DNA of 61,665 nucleotides from assembly GCA_036377055.1 (NCBI GenBank), contig DASUZD010000007.1, positions 1 through 61,665 of the forward strand, written 5' to 3'. The notes under the pieces were generated by a model that worked only from the letters and a program-made list of their open reading frames with translations, ran no database searches and had not been told where the DNA came from. Both the position numbers and the translations under genes were made by a program. This stretch comes from Gaiellaceae bacterium (GTDB taxonomy: Bacteria; Actinomycetota; Thermoleophilia; Gaiellales; Gaiellaceae). Shown piece after piece: positions 1 through 7,925 of the stretch (positions are counted from its first letter, which is position 1; every line of letters begins with the position of its first letter).

Positions 1-1
1 C

Positions 2-109
2 TACGCGAGCAGCTCCACGGTCTGGACGGTGGTTGGAGTCGTCACGGTCACGATGACGGGCTCGAACACCGCGCGCGCGACGGCGTACGCGGTCTGCGGC
101 AACCCCTAA
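2..109 (+). CDS. 3' end of an unidentified CDS cut by the window edge
   Basis: Frame 2 is open from the edge to TAA at 107-109. Almost every codon ends in G/C, the coding signature at this GC content. The 35 residues contain no recognisable domain. Confidence 0.3.
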   Translation, partial: YASSSTVWTVVGVVTVTMTGSNTARATAYAVCGNP

Positions 110-138
110 GCGCGACCAGGCATGGCTAGCATCGGGCC

Positions 139-978
139 GTGGCTTCGCGACGCCGAGCCCGCGGCCGCGTCTTGGCGACCCTCGCGCTCGTTCCTGCGCT
201 CGCGCTGCCGCTCGGCGCCGGCGGCGTAAACCAGCCGCTTGTCCAGCTCGTCGTCGTCGTTCGCGGCGGCGGCTCCGTCGACGCGAAGCCCGGCGCTCAC
301 ACGTGCCGGATTCGCTGCGTCTGGCGCTTCCAGCGTGGCGCTCGCGCGACGTTTTCGGCCCGGCCGGCCGCAGGGAGCGCCTTCGCCGGCTGGGGCGGCG
401 CCTGCTCGAGCGCCCGCTCAGCGTGCACGTTCAAGGTCACGAGGCGGCGGACCGTCGTCGCTCGCTTCGGCGCCGAGCAAACCCCCGTCTCGTGGTCCCC
501 GCATGTTCACTGCACGCCGGTGCTGACGAGCGTACCGGAGATCCTCGGCTCGGAGCAGAATGCCGCGGGAGGCGCCACGGAGGCGGGAGGGCGCTTCCAG
601 CCGCACCTCCGCGGCGGCACGCAGCAGCACTTGCTCAACCCGCCGTGCAACGTCGACGGAACGCCCGCGTTCGTCGAGATTCACGACGTCGTCATCTCGA
701 GAGCGCCGAACCGAAGCAGCGACGGCGACGACTCGACCAACCTCACGCAGGCCGACCGCCCTGACATCACGAATCCGAACCTGAAGACGATTCACGTGGA
801 GATCGACGGAACGTGGATCGCCGCCGGGGTCAACCCGCCCTTCTGGCCGGAGGCGCTCGGGACAAGGCTCGACGTCCAGGGCTTCGTGTTCTGGGATCCG
901 GCGCACCTCGACGACGCGTGGCACGGCTACTCGGGCTGGGAGCTCCACCCGGTCGCGGCCTGGCGCATAGCAAGCTAA
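139..978 (+). CDS. Secreted hypothetical protein with an InlB-B-repeat-like N-terminal domain
   Basis: GTG start. The N-terminus RRRARGRVLATLALVPALALPLGAGG looks like a signal peptide. The segment GGGSVDAKPGAHTC..C...GARATFSARPAAGSAFAGWGGAC..C resembles divergent InlB B-repeat domains. I do not recognise the C-terminal half. Confidence 0.6.
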   Translation: MASRRRARGRVLATLALVPALALPLGAGGVNQPLVQLVVVVRGGGSVDAKPGAHTCRIRCVWRFQRGARATFSARPAAGSAFAGWGGACSSARSACTFKVTRRRTVVARFGAEQTPVSWSPHVHCTPVLTSVPEILGSEQNAAGGATEAGGRFQPHLRGGTQQHLLNPPCNVDGTPAFVEIHDVVISRAPNRSSDGDDSTNLTQADRPDITNPNLKTIHVEIDGTWIAAGVNPPFWPEALGTRLDVQGFVFWDPAHLDDAWHGYSGWELHPVAAWRIAS

Positions 979-1757
979 GCGCGAAAGGCCTCCGCGTCGT
1001 CCTGCGGGTGATAGCCGATCTCGTCGGCTGCGTCCTCGATCTCCCAGAAGCGCCAGGTGTTGCGAGAGACGCCGTAGTAGACGCGGAAGCCGAGGTCGGC
1101 ACGCGCCTCGAGCGCGCACCCGACGAGCCGCAGCAGGTCCGCGTGCGTCAGGAGCGTCGCGAAGTCGCGAGGCTTGCCCGGCCGATTCGCCGCGTTCACG
1201 GTCCCGATCCGGAGGCAGATCGGAGACAGGTCGAACGCGTCGGCGTACCACCGCGCCGCGGCCTCGCCGAGCAACTTGCCGAGCGCGTAGGCGCCGTCTG
1301 GCCGGATCGGCGTGCGGGGGCCGATCAGCGGGATCGAACCGGCGTCGAGCCCGGCGTAGTCGCCGGCGACGATCGCGCTGTACGGCGGGTCGCGCTCGTA
1401 CATCCCGGTCACGTGGTTCGAGCTCGCGAACACGTAGCGGCGGACACCGGCCTCCCGGGCGGCCTCGAGGACGTTCATCGTCGCCGGGAGGTTGTTCTTC
1501 CAGATGGCTCTCCAGGCGGCTCGATCGTCTGCGATGCCGGCCAGGTCGACGACCGCGTCGGCCCCCTCGAGAAGCGACGAGAGCGATCCGGGGCGCGCCA
1601 GGTTCCGGCGGCGGATGTTCGGCGGGCGGCGGAGCGCTCGATCGACGGCGCTCAGCTCGTAGCGATCGCCGAGGCCGCGCATCAGCACCGTCCCGATCAG
1701 GCCGGCCGCGCCTGTGATCAGGACTTTGCGCGGCGTCTGCGAACCTCGCGCGACCAC
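975..1757 (-). CDS. NAD-dependent epimerase/dehydratase (SDR family)
   Basis: Rossmann motif KVLITGAAGLIG lies near the N-terminus and the catalytic YxxxK is present as YALGK. It forms the last 261 codons of the 975..3272 ORF. I take the in-frame GTG at 1757 as the start, which overlaps the upstream gene by 40 nt, but the start is uncertain. Confidence 0.85.
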   Translation of the reverse strand: MVARGSQTPRKVLITGAAGLIGTVLMRGLGDRYELSAVDRALRRPPNIRRRNLARPGSLSSLLEGADAVVDLAGIADDRAAWRAIWKNNLPATMNVLEAAREAGVRRYVFASSNHVTGMYERDPPYSAIVAGDYAGLDAGSIPLIGPRTPIRPDGAYALGKLLGEAAARWYADAFDLSPICLRIGTVNAANRPGKPRDFATLLTHADLLRLVGCALEARADLGFRVYYGVSRNTWRFWEIEDAADEIGYHPQDDAEAFRA

Positions 1758-2788
1758 ATCAGGTGCGTGGACATGGGCTCGCCGGGATGCCTGAGGCCGC
1801 GGCCGGTGCGGGCGAGCTTCTCGCGCCACGACTCGTCCGCGTCCGGGAGGAGCGTCAGGCGGGCGGCGGTCCGGAGGTCGGCGACGGCGGCGCGCGGAGG
1901 CAGCTCCCAGAAGACGTGCAGCCACCGCATCAGCTGGCTGTCGAGCACCGTCCGCTCGCGCACCGACCCGAGATGCCGCGCCCACACGCGGAGCGGCGTC
2001 GTCGTCGGACCGCTCTCGAAGAGCGCTCGGATCGCGGCGCGGGTGGTGAGCCAGATCTTCGGGATTCCCCAGTCGTCCGCGGTCTCCGCGAGCTCGGCCT
2101 CGGAACAGGCGAGGGACACGGCCGCGACGTCCACGAGGTCGCGAAGCGTCCGCAACGGGTCGTGGCTCCAGGCGTGCGCGGCGAGGATCAGCGCGTGATG
2201 CACCGGATCGGGCGCCGAGATGCCGTCGACGCCGACGCCGGACGGGCCGGATCGTTCGAGGATCTCGCCGAGCGGCGGCGGCGTGCCCGGCCAGAGGGGC
2301 GCCGTATGGAGCTCGACCTTCAGCCCGACGGCCGGCGACTTGAGCGGGCGAAGGTGATGGTGGTCGACGAAGTCCTCGGGATCGTCGACCTCGACGAAGC
2401 CCGCCGCGATCAGCGCGCGCTGGGCGGCAGGCGCGTCGCCGGCGAGCAGGTCGACGTCGCCGAAGGTGCGGGCCGAGCCCGGGTAGAGACGCGCGACCTC
2501 CGGGCCTTTGAACAGGACGAGCGGGCCGTCGCACAGGCTTCTGATCGTCTCCAGGAGCGGCCGCGCCATCACAACCGCCGCTGCCGCGCCCCGCTCGTCT
2601 CCGGCGAGGGCCGCGGGAACGGGTCGCCCACGCTGCCGCAGCAGCCGCGCGGCGACGGCGCCGAGCTTGTGCGCGCGGATGCCCTCGACCTCGGCCCCGT
2701 CGAGGACGCGCTCGAGCGCCTGCCAGAGCTTGCCGGAAGCGTCTTCGCGCCGGACAGTGGGCGGTGCCTCGGCGGGGGCCACGGTCAT
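1718..2788 (-). CDS. Nucleotidyltransferase family protein (NTP_transf_5-like), paralogue 1
   Basis: The motif FGDVDLL and the overall layout resemble the uncharacterised nucleotidyltransferase family found beside peptide-tailoring kinases. Its ATG overlaps the upstream stop as ATGA at 2785-2788. Confidence 0.75.
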   Translation of the reverse strand: MTVAPAEAPPTVRREDASGKLWQALERVLDGAEVEGIRAHKLGAVAARLLRQRGRPVPAALAGDERGAAAAVVMARPLLETIRSLCDGPLVLFKGPEVARLYPGSARTFGDVDLLAGDAPAAQRALIAAGFVEVDDPEDFVDHHHLRPLKSPAVGLKVELHTAPLWPGTPPPLGEILERSGPSGVGVDGISAPDPVHHALILAAHAWSHDPLRTLRDLVDVAAVSLACSEAELAETADDWGIPKIWLTTRAAIRALFESGPTTTPLRVWARHLGSVRERTVLDSQLMRWLHVFWELPPRAAVADLRTAARLTLLPDADESWREKLARTGRGLRHPGEPMSTHLMWSREVRRRRAKS

Positions 2789-3837
2789 TCGACCCGAGTC
2801 CGACCGGCCGGAGTGGCCGTCGGTCGCGCCGCAGCTCGCCGCACGACCTCGATCGGCACCTGGCTGCGCCGCTGCAAGCCGAGCTCGTCGCGGAGGAACG
2901 TCGGCAGCGCGACCAGCGCCGCCGGCAGCGAGCGGTCCGAGGTGACGTGCAGGAACCGCGTCGCGATCCTCGGCGTCGGGCCGAGGAGCGGCCGCGTCCG
3001 CCCGGCCTCCCTGTGCGCGAGGCGCTCTCGCCGGCCGACGGGAGCAGCTTCGAGCTCGCGGATGGTCTTGGCCGGAACGTCGGCGCTGAGCTCGCGGCCG
3101 AGGTACACGAGCGCGTCGCGGAGGCGGAGCGTCGCGCGCAGCCGGCGCGCCTGGCGAACGAGCCGGTCCCAGTCGATCCCCGTCTCCAAGACCGAAAGGG
3201 CGTCGGCGAGCCAGAGGATGTTCGGGAACACGGTCGCCCGTGCTCCGGCGAGGCAGACGCGAACGAGCTCATCGGTCGGGCCGAGCACCCGGGCGCTCGT
3301 CTCGCCGAGCTGGACTAGAAACGTGGCGGCCCAGACGTCCTCGAGGTCGGGATCGGCGAACTCCCGCGCGAACCGCTCGTGGAGCGTGACCGCGCCGCCG
3401 TCGACGGACCCCGCCGCGGCATGACCTCCGCGGACGAGAGCCTCCAAGCCATCGACCGGCCGAAGCCCGAAGTCACCGCCGAGGTAGTGCGCGGGGAACT
3501 GCCAGCCGCCGACGACGACCGGCTCCGCGCCGCGCCCCTCGAGCGCCCGCAGCGCCGCCGTCACTCCGTCGAGCTGAACGTGGTTCAGGTACCAGGTGCG
3601 GCGGCGGATCCCGGCCAGCCTGGGCATGTACGAGTCCTCGATGCCGAGCCCGTCGAGCCGCCGGTGCACGAGCGGGAGCAGCGGGAACGAGCCGGGCTCG
3701 AGCCTGTCGAGATCGAGCCGCGGCCGAAGGCGGCGCCACGCCTCGGCGCCGGCCTCGTCGCCGCCGAACGCCGTCAGCAGGAGCAGCTTCTGCCGCTCGG
3801 TGGGCCAGAACGACCCTTCGAGGCCGGGCTCCTTCAC
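2785..3837 (-). CDS. Nucleotidyltransferase family protein (NTP_transf_5-like), paralogue 2, possibly degenerate
   Basis: It aligns by eye to paralogue 1, but the acidic motif reads VDGLEALV instead of DVDLL. I take the GTG at 3837, which overlaps the GT2 stop as GTGA at 3834-3837. The upstream part of the 437-aa ORF is Arg-rich shadow sequence. Confidence 0.7.
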   Translation of the reverse strand: MKEPGLEGSFWPTERQKLLLLTAFGGDEAGAEAWRRLRPRLDLDRLEPGSFPLLPLVHRRLDGLGIEDSYMPRLAGIRRRTWYLNHVQLDGVTAALRALEGRGAEPVVVGGWQFPAHYLGGDFGLRPVDGLEALVRGGHAAAGSVDGGAVTLHERFAREFADPDLEDVWAATFLVQLGETSARVLGPTDELVRVCLAGARATVFPNILWLADALSVLETGIDWDRLVRQARRLRATLRLRDALVYLGRELSADVPAKTIRELEAAPVGRRERLAHREAGRTRPLLGPTPRIATRFLHVTSDRSLPAALVALPTFLRDELGLQRRSQVPIEVVRRAAARPTATPAGRTRVE

Positions 3838-4535
3838 CTGGTCGCAGCGCGGCGGCGATCGAGGGCCGCCTTCAGCACATGCAGGTACTGCGGTTTCGAC
3901 TCGCGCTGCCGGATGCCGTTGTTGTCCGCGTGGAGCCGCCGCTCGAGCACGACGACGGGCGGCACGGCGCTCCGCAGCCCGAGCTCGTTGGCGCGCGCGT
4001 GCCAGTCGACGCCGATCCCGACCTTGAGCTCGGTGGAGAAGAGGCCCACGCGCAGGAATGATTCGCGCTTGACGAGCATCAGGTTCGGCGTCGGCCACGG
4101 CACGTCGTGCTCGGGCGCGCGCAGGAGCGCACGCGCCGCGTCGTCGAGATCGGGGCTCGAGAACTCCGTGACGTGCCCGTAGACGACGTCGAGCTCCGGC
4201 TCGGCCGCGAAGACCGCGAGCTGGCTGCGCAGCTTGTCCGGCGGGAAGCGGTCGTCGGCGTCGAGGAAGGAGAGGTAGCTGCCGTGCGCCTCGGGAATCG
4301 CGCGATTGCGAGCCGCCGCCATCCCGCCGTTCTCCTGGCGGATGCAGCGAACTCGCTCGCCGTACGACTCGGCGACCTCGCCGCTCCGATCGGTCGACCC
4401 GTCGTCGACGACGATCAGCTCGACCGCCGGATGCGTCTGGGCGAGGACGCTCTCGATCGCCTCGCCGAGGTAGCGCTCGCAGTTGTAGACGCCGATCACC
4501 ACCGTGACGAGCGGAGGTCTGCTCGCGGCGTCCAT
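3834..4535 (-). CDS. Family 2 glycosyltransferase (GT-a)
   Basis: VTVVIGVYNCERYL...LIVVDDGSTDRS...LDADD is a classic GT2 signature. The ATG at 4535 lies 6 nt after the kinase stop. Confidence 0.85.
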   Translation of the reverse strand: MDAASRPPLVTVVIGVYNCERYLGEAIESVLAQTHPAVELIVVDDGSTDRSGEVAESYGERVRCIRQENGGMAAARNRAIPEAHGSYLSFLDADDRFPPDKLRSQLAVFAAEPELDVVYGHVTEFSSPDLDDAARALLRAPEHDVPWPTPNLMLVKRESFLRVGLFSTELKVGIGVDWHARANELGLRSAVPPVVVLERRLHADNNGIRQRESKPQYLHVLKAALDRRRAATR

Positions 4536-4540
4536 CTGCG

Positions 4541-5605
4541 TCAGTCGAGCCGCTCGAGGAGCCGGACGAGCTCGGCGGGGATCGTCTCGACGTCCGCGCC
4601 CAGCTCGAGCACGAAGCTCGGCAGGGTCCTGACGAGGTCTGCCATCCGCGCGAGCGCCTCGCGCGCGGGCGGGTGCAGCTGGAAGATCGTGCTCGGCGCG
4701 AGAGCGGCGAGCGCCGCAGCGTGGCTGGCCGGAACGATGCGGGCCGTGCGCCGGTCGGTCACGCGCGGCAGGACGATCGCACGCAGCGGGAACCCGGCGA
4801 TCGACCGGCCCGGAAACGCGGTCGCGACGTAGAGGACGGCCTTCTCGTCCGCGCGGTCGCCGTCCGCGAGCGCAGCTTCGAGGTGCGGCAGCCGGTGCAC
4901 GTCGTCGTGGTGCACCTTGGCCGCGCAGTAGAGGCTGTGCACGAACGGCTCGCGCTCGCCGCCGACGGCGACGTAGTCGTCGCCCGCGTACCGCAGCCGT
5001 TCGTCGAGGAGGCTCGCGAGCGCGGTCGTCGACTTCCCCGAGCCGCCCGGACCGACGATCAGCGCTCCTCCGTCCTTCGTCCCGACCGCTCCTCCGTGCA
5101 CCTGCCGGCAGCCCTGTGCGTCGAGGCACCAGCTGAGCAGGTGGCGGAACGGCGCGCTGTACTCCCAGTACGGAAGCCGCGTCGCGTCCGGCATCCAGAA
5201 CCATCCGGCGGCCCCGTCGGCCGACAGCACGCTCAGGACGTCCGAGGCCGGCTGGTGCAGCGCGCGGAACTCGAGCTCGTCGTAGAAGTACGAAGGGCCG
5301 GCGCCCGTCGTCGGCGTCTCGGCCTCGGACGGGCGGCCGGCTGCGAACGCGGGACGCTCGACCGAATCCCAGACGTGGAGCGTCAGCGCAGGCGCATCGT
5401 CGCGGGCCGTGACGAGGTGAGCGAACGCGCGACCGAGCGCGTCGGCCGCCGTCGTGCCGGCGAAGCGCACGCGGACGGCGCTGCCCGCGACGGCGAGCCG
5501 AAGATCGACCGGGCCGCCCGCCGCGCGCGCCGCGCGCTCGAACCCCGCGTCGAGGCCCGCAGGTGTCGGCGCCGGCTCCGGCGGAGCCGTGGCCGCGTGG
5601 GTCAC
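4541..5605 (-). CDS. HPr-kinase-like P-loop protein (HprK-related kinase, K1)
   Basis: HGGAV...LIVGPGGSGKSTTALA...YAGDDY is an HPr kinase C-terminal-like Walker A region. The GTG start at 5605 overlaps the PqqD stop as GTGA. Confidence 0.8.
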   Translation of the reverse strand: MTHAATAPPEPAPTPAGLDAGFERAARAAGGPVDLRLAVAGSAVRVRFAGTTAADALGRAFAHLVTARDDAPALTLHVWDSVERPAFAAGRPSEAETPTTGAGPSYFYDELEFRALHQPASDVLSVLSADGAAGWFWMPDATRLPYWEYSAPFRHLLSWCLDAQGCRQVHGGAVGTKDGGALIVGPGGSGKSTTALASLLDERLRYAGDDYVAVGGEREPFVHSLYCAAKVHHDDVHRLPHLEAALADGDRADEKAVLYVATAFPGRSIAGFPLRAIVLPRVTDRRTARIVPASHAAALAALAPSTIFQLHPPAREALARMADLVRTLPSFVLELGADVETIPAELVRLLERLD

Positions 5606-6054
5606 TCCCGGCCTTCGTCGGCTGGCGCGGGCTGAGGCCAGCCCTGCGCGCCGACCTCGTGGACGGGATCGAGCAGGATCAGGTCCTGCATGTCCGTGTG
5701 CTTCTCCAGGGCAGGCGGACGGAACGGCGCCCGCGGGCCGCCGTTGCTTGCCGGAAGCGGCGTTTCGGGCATCGGCGCCGGACCCGCGTGGCTTCGAATC
5801 AGCCCCTCGTCCACGAGCTGGTCGAGCAGTTGGCGCACGCCGTCGCGCATCTCCTGCTCGGATCCCTCGTATTGCACCCTGAGCGCCGCGAGGGCGTCGT
5901 CCTCGTCTGCACCCCATTCGATTGCCTGCCAGATCGCCGCGCCCGCCTCGCGGAGGCTGTAGTACGTCCCGCTCGTGAGGTCGATCAGGATGACCTCACC
6001 CTCGATCGTCTCGTGGATCACGTTCGGGCTGTTCACCCGAAAGCGTGCTGCCAT
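5602..6054 (-). CDS. PqqD-family (RRE) peptide-chaperone-like protein with a C-terminal extension of about 60 aa
   Basis: The core FRVNSPNVIHETIEGEVILIDLTSGTYYSLREAGAAIWQAI matches the PqqD pattern. The ATG at 6054 is preceded by GGAGAAGGAGGGGGG. A Pro-rich linker and the tail ...DMQDLILLDPVHEVGAQGWP follow the PqqD fold. Confidence 0.8.
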   Translation of the reverse strand: MAARFRVNSPNVIHETIEGEVILIDLTSGTYYSLREAGAAIWQAIEWGADEDDALAALRVQYEGSEQEMRDGVRQLLDQLVDEGLIRSHAGPAPMPETPLPASNGGPRAPFRPPALEKHTDMQDLILLDPVHEVGAQGWPQPAPADEGRE

Positions 6055-6172
6055 CCCCCCTCCTTCTCCCCTGTCCGGCACAGAGCCGCTCTCTATCCCT
6101 TACACGCAGTATGCCCGTCGCCCGCGGCCCGCTCAACGCCCCCGAGATGCCGGACGCTGTACAAACGAGCCT

Positions 6173-7222
6173 ATGGAAGCGGTTGGAAGCGATTGGCTGA
6201 AAGAGAACCTCGCGGAGATCGAGGCGAGCTTCGAGGCGGCGGCCAACGTTTCCGTCGACCGCTACGAGATCGGAGGCGCTGCTGTCGAGCTCCGGTTCGC
6301 GAGCCCCGCGCTCCGCGAGCGGCTGACACGGGCCTTCGCGCACGTCGCCGTCCCGGCCGGGGCGTCGGCCGCGAGCCTCACCGTCCACCTCTGGGACTCC
6401 GCCTCGACCGGCGCCGATCCACCGCCGCGTCCCGAAACACCGGCCGACCAGCCGCAGGGGGCGCTGTACCACCTCGCCGAGCCGCCGCTCCGCGCTGCCT
6501 ACCAACCGGGCCTCGAGACGCTCAGCGTGCTCGACTCCGAGGCCGGCGTCGCGTGGTTCTGGATCGCGAACGCCTTCGAGCAGCCGTCGTGGGACCAGGC
6601 CTGCCCGATCCGGCAGATCCTGTTCTGGTGGCTCGCCGGGCGCGGGTATCTCCAGGTTCACGGCGCCGCCGTCGGGACGGAGGCGGGCGGCGTCCTCGTC
6701 GTCGGCACGCCCGGCTCGGGAAAGTCGACGGTCGCGCTCGCCTGCCTCGACTCCGAGCTCCGCTACGCCGGAGACGACTACGTCGCCGTCGAGGTCGAGC
6801 CGAGCCCGAACGTCGCGAGCCTCTACAACTCCGCGAAGCTCGAGCCGGAGCACGTCCGCGAGCTCCTGCCGCACCTGCTGCCGCTGCTCGCGAACGCCGA
6901 CCGGCTCGAGACCGAGAAGGCCGTCCTGTACGTCCACGAGCACTTTCCGGAGCGGACGACGGCGGGCTTTCCACTCCGCGCCGTGCTCGTCCCGAAGCTT
7001 CGCCCGGCCCGACAAGAGACGCGGATCGCAGAGGCGTCACGCGCCACCGCCTTCGCCGCCCTCGGCCCGAGCACCATCTTCCAGCTGCACACCGCAGGCG
7101 CCGCGGAGCTGGCGACGATGTCGAGCCTGGTCGCGCGCGTCCCTTGCTACACGCTGGAGGTCGGCGCCGACCCGACGACGATCCCGCCGGCCGTTCTTTC
7201 TATCCTCCGACCGGATGAGTGA
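6173..7222 (+). CDS. HPr-kinase-like P-loop protein (HprK-related kinase, K2)
   Basis: It is a paralogue of K1 over its full length (HGAAVGTEAGGVLVVGTPGSGKSTVALA...YAGDDYV). The ATG at 6173 diverges from the PqqD gene across a 118-bp spacer. Confidence 0.8.
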   Translation: MEAVGSDWLKENLAEIEASFEAAANVSVDRYEIGGAAVELRFASPALRERLTRAFAHVAVPAGASAASLTVHLWDSASTGADPPPRPETPADQPQGALYHLAEPPLRAAYQPGLETLSVLDSEAGVAWFWIANAFEQPSWDQACPIRQILFWWLAGRGYLQVHGAAVGTEAGGVLVVGTPGSGKSTVALACLDSELRYAGDDYVAVEVEPSPNVASLYNSAKLEPEHVRELLPHLLPLLANADRLETEKAVLYVHEHFPERTTAGFPLRAVLVPKLRPARQETRIAEASRATAFAALGPSTIFQLHTAGAAELATMSSLVARVPCYTLEVGADPTTIPPAVLSILRPDE

Positions 7223-7883
7223 GCCGCTCGTGTCGGTGATCGTCGCCGCCTACAACGGCGAGCGGTTCCTGAACGAGACGCTCCAGAGCGTGTTCGCCCA
7301 GGACTACGAGCCGTTCGAGGTCGTCTTCGTCGACGACGGCTCCACCGACCGGACCGCAGAGATCGCGCAGTCGTTCCCGGTGCGCTTTGTGCGCCAGGAG
7401 AACCGAGGGCTGCCGGCAGCCAGGAACGCCGCGCTTGCCGTCGCGAAGGGCGAGCTCGTAGCCTTCCTCGACGACGACGACGTTCTCCCACCGACGAAGC
7501 TCAGCGTCCAGGCCGCCTATCTCCGCGAGCACGCCGAGGTCGGCTGCGTGCTCGGCCGCCAGGAATGGATCCTCGACGGCGTCGGGGAGCCGACGCTGCC
7601 GCGCGACCCGATCTTCGGCGAGGTCGGCGGCATCCAGCTCGTGACGGCGATGATCCGCCGCCGCGTGCTCGACAAGCTGGGCGGGTTCGACCCGAGCTAC
7701 CGCTACGCGGAGGACCGCGACCTCTTCATCCGGATGCGCGAGCGCGGCGTCGAGATCGCCGTCCTCCCCGAGGTCGTCCTGCACAAGCGGCTGCACGGCT
7801 CGAACATGACCATGAACCGGCCCGACACGCACCCGATGCTCCGCTCGCTGCGCGAGAAGCTGGAACGCGAGCGCCAAGGCTAG
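7215..7883 (+). CDS. Family 2 glycosyltransferase (GT-b)
   Basis: VSVIVAAYNGERFL...VVFVDDGSTDRT...LDDDD is a GT2 signature. It is a paralogue of GT-a and overlaps the K2 stop by 8 nt. Confidence 0.85.
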   Translation: MSEPLVSVIVAAYNGERFLNETLQSVFAQDYEPFEVVFVDDGSTDRTAEIAQSFPVRFVRQENRGLPAARNAALAVAKGELVAFLDDDDVLPPTKLSVQAAYLREHAEVGCVLGRQEWILDGVGEPTLPRDPIFGEVGGIQLVTAMIRRRVLDKLGGFDPSYRYAEDRDLFIRMRERGVEIAVLPEVVLHKRLHGSNMTMNRPDTHPMLRSLREKLERERQG

Positions 7884-7925
7884 GGCGGAAGGCATTTCCG
7901 CCCGGCGGGCGAAACTCCGGGCGGC

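Noticed and set aside
975-3272. A 765-aa ORF on the minus strand as a single gene
   Set aside because: Only its last 261 codons are protein-like (the SDR epimerase). The upstream 500 codons are Arg/Ala/Pro/Ser-rich shadow sequence that overlaps the two well-supported nucleotidyltransferase genes in another frame.
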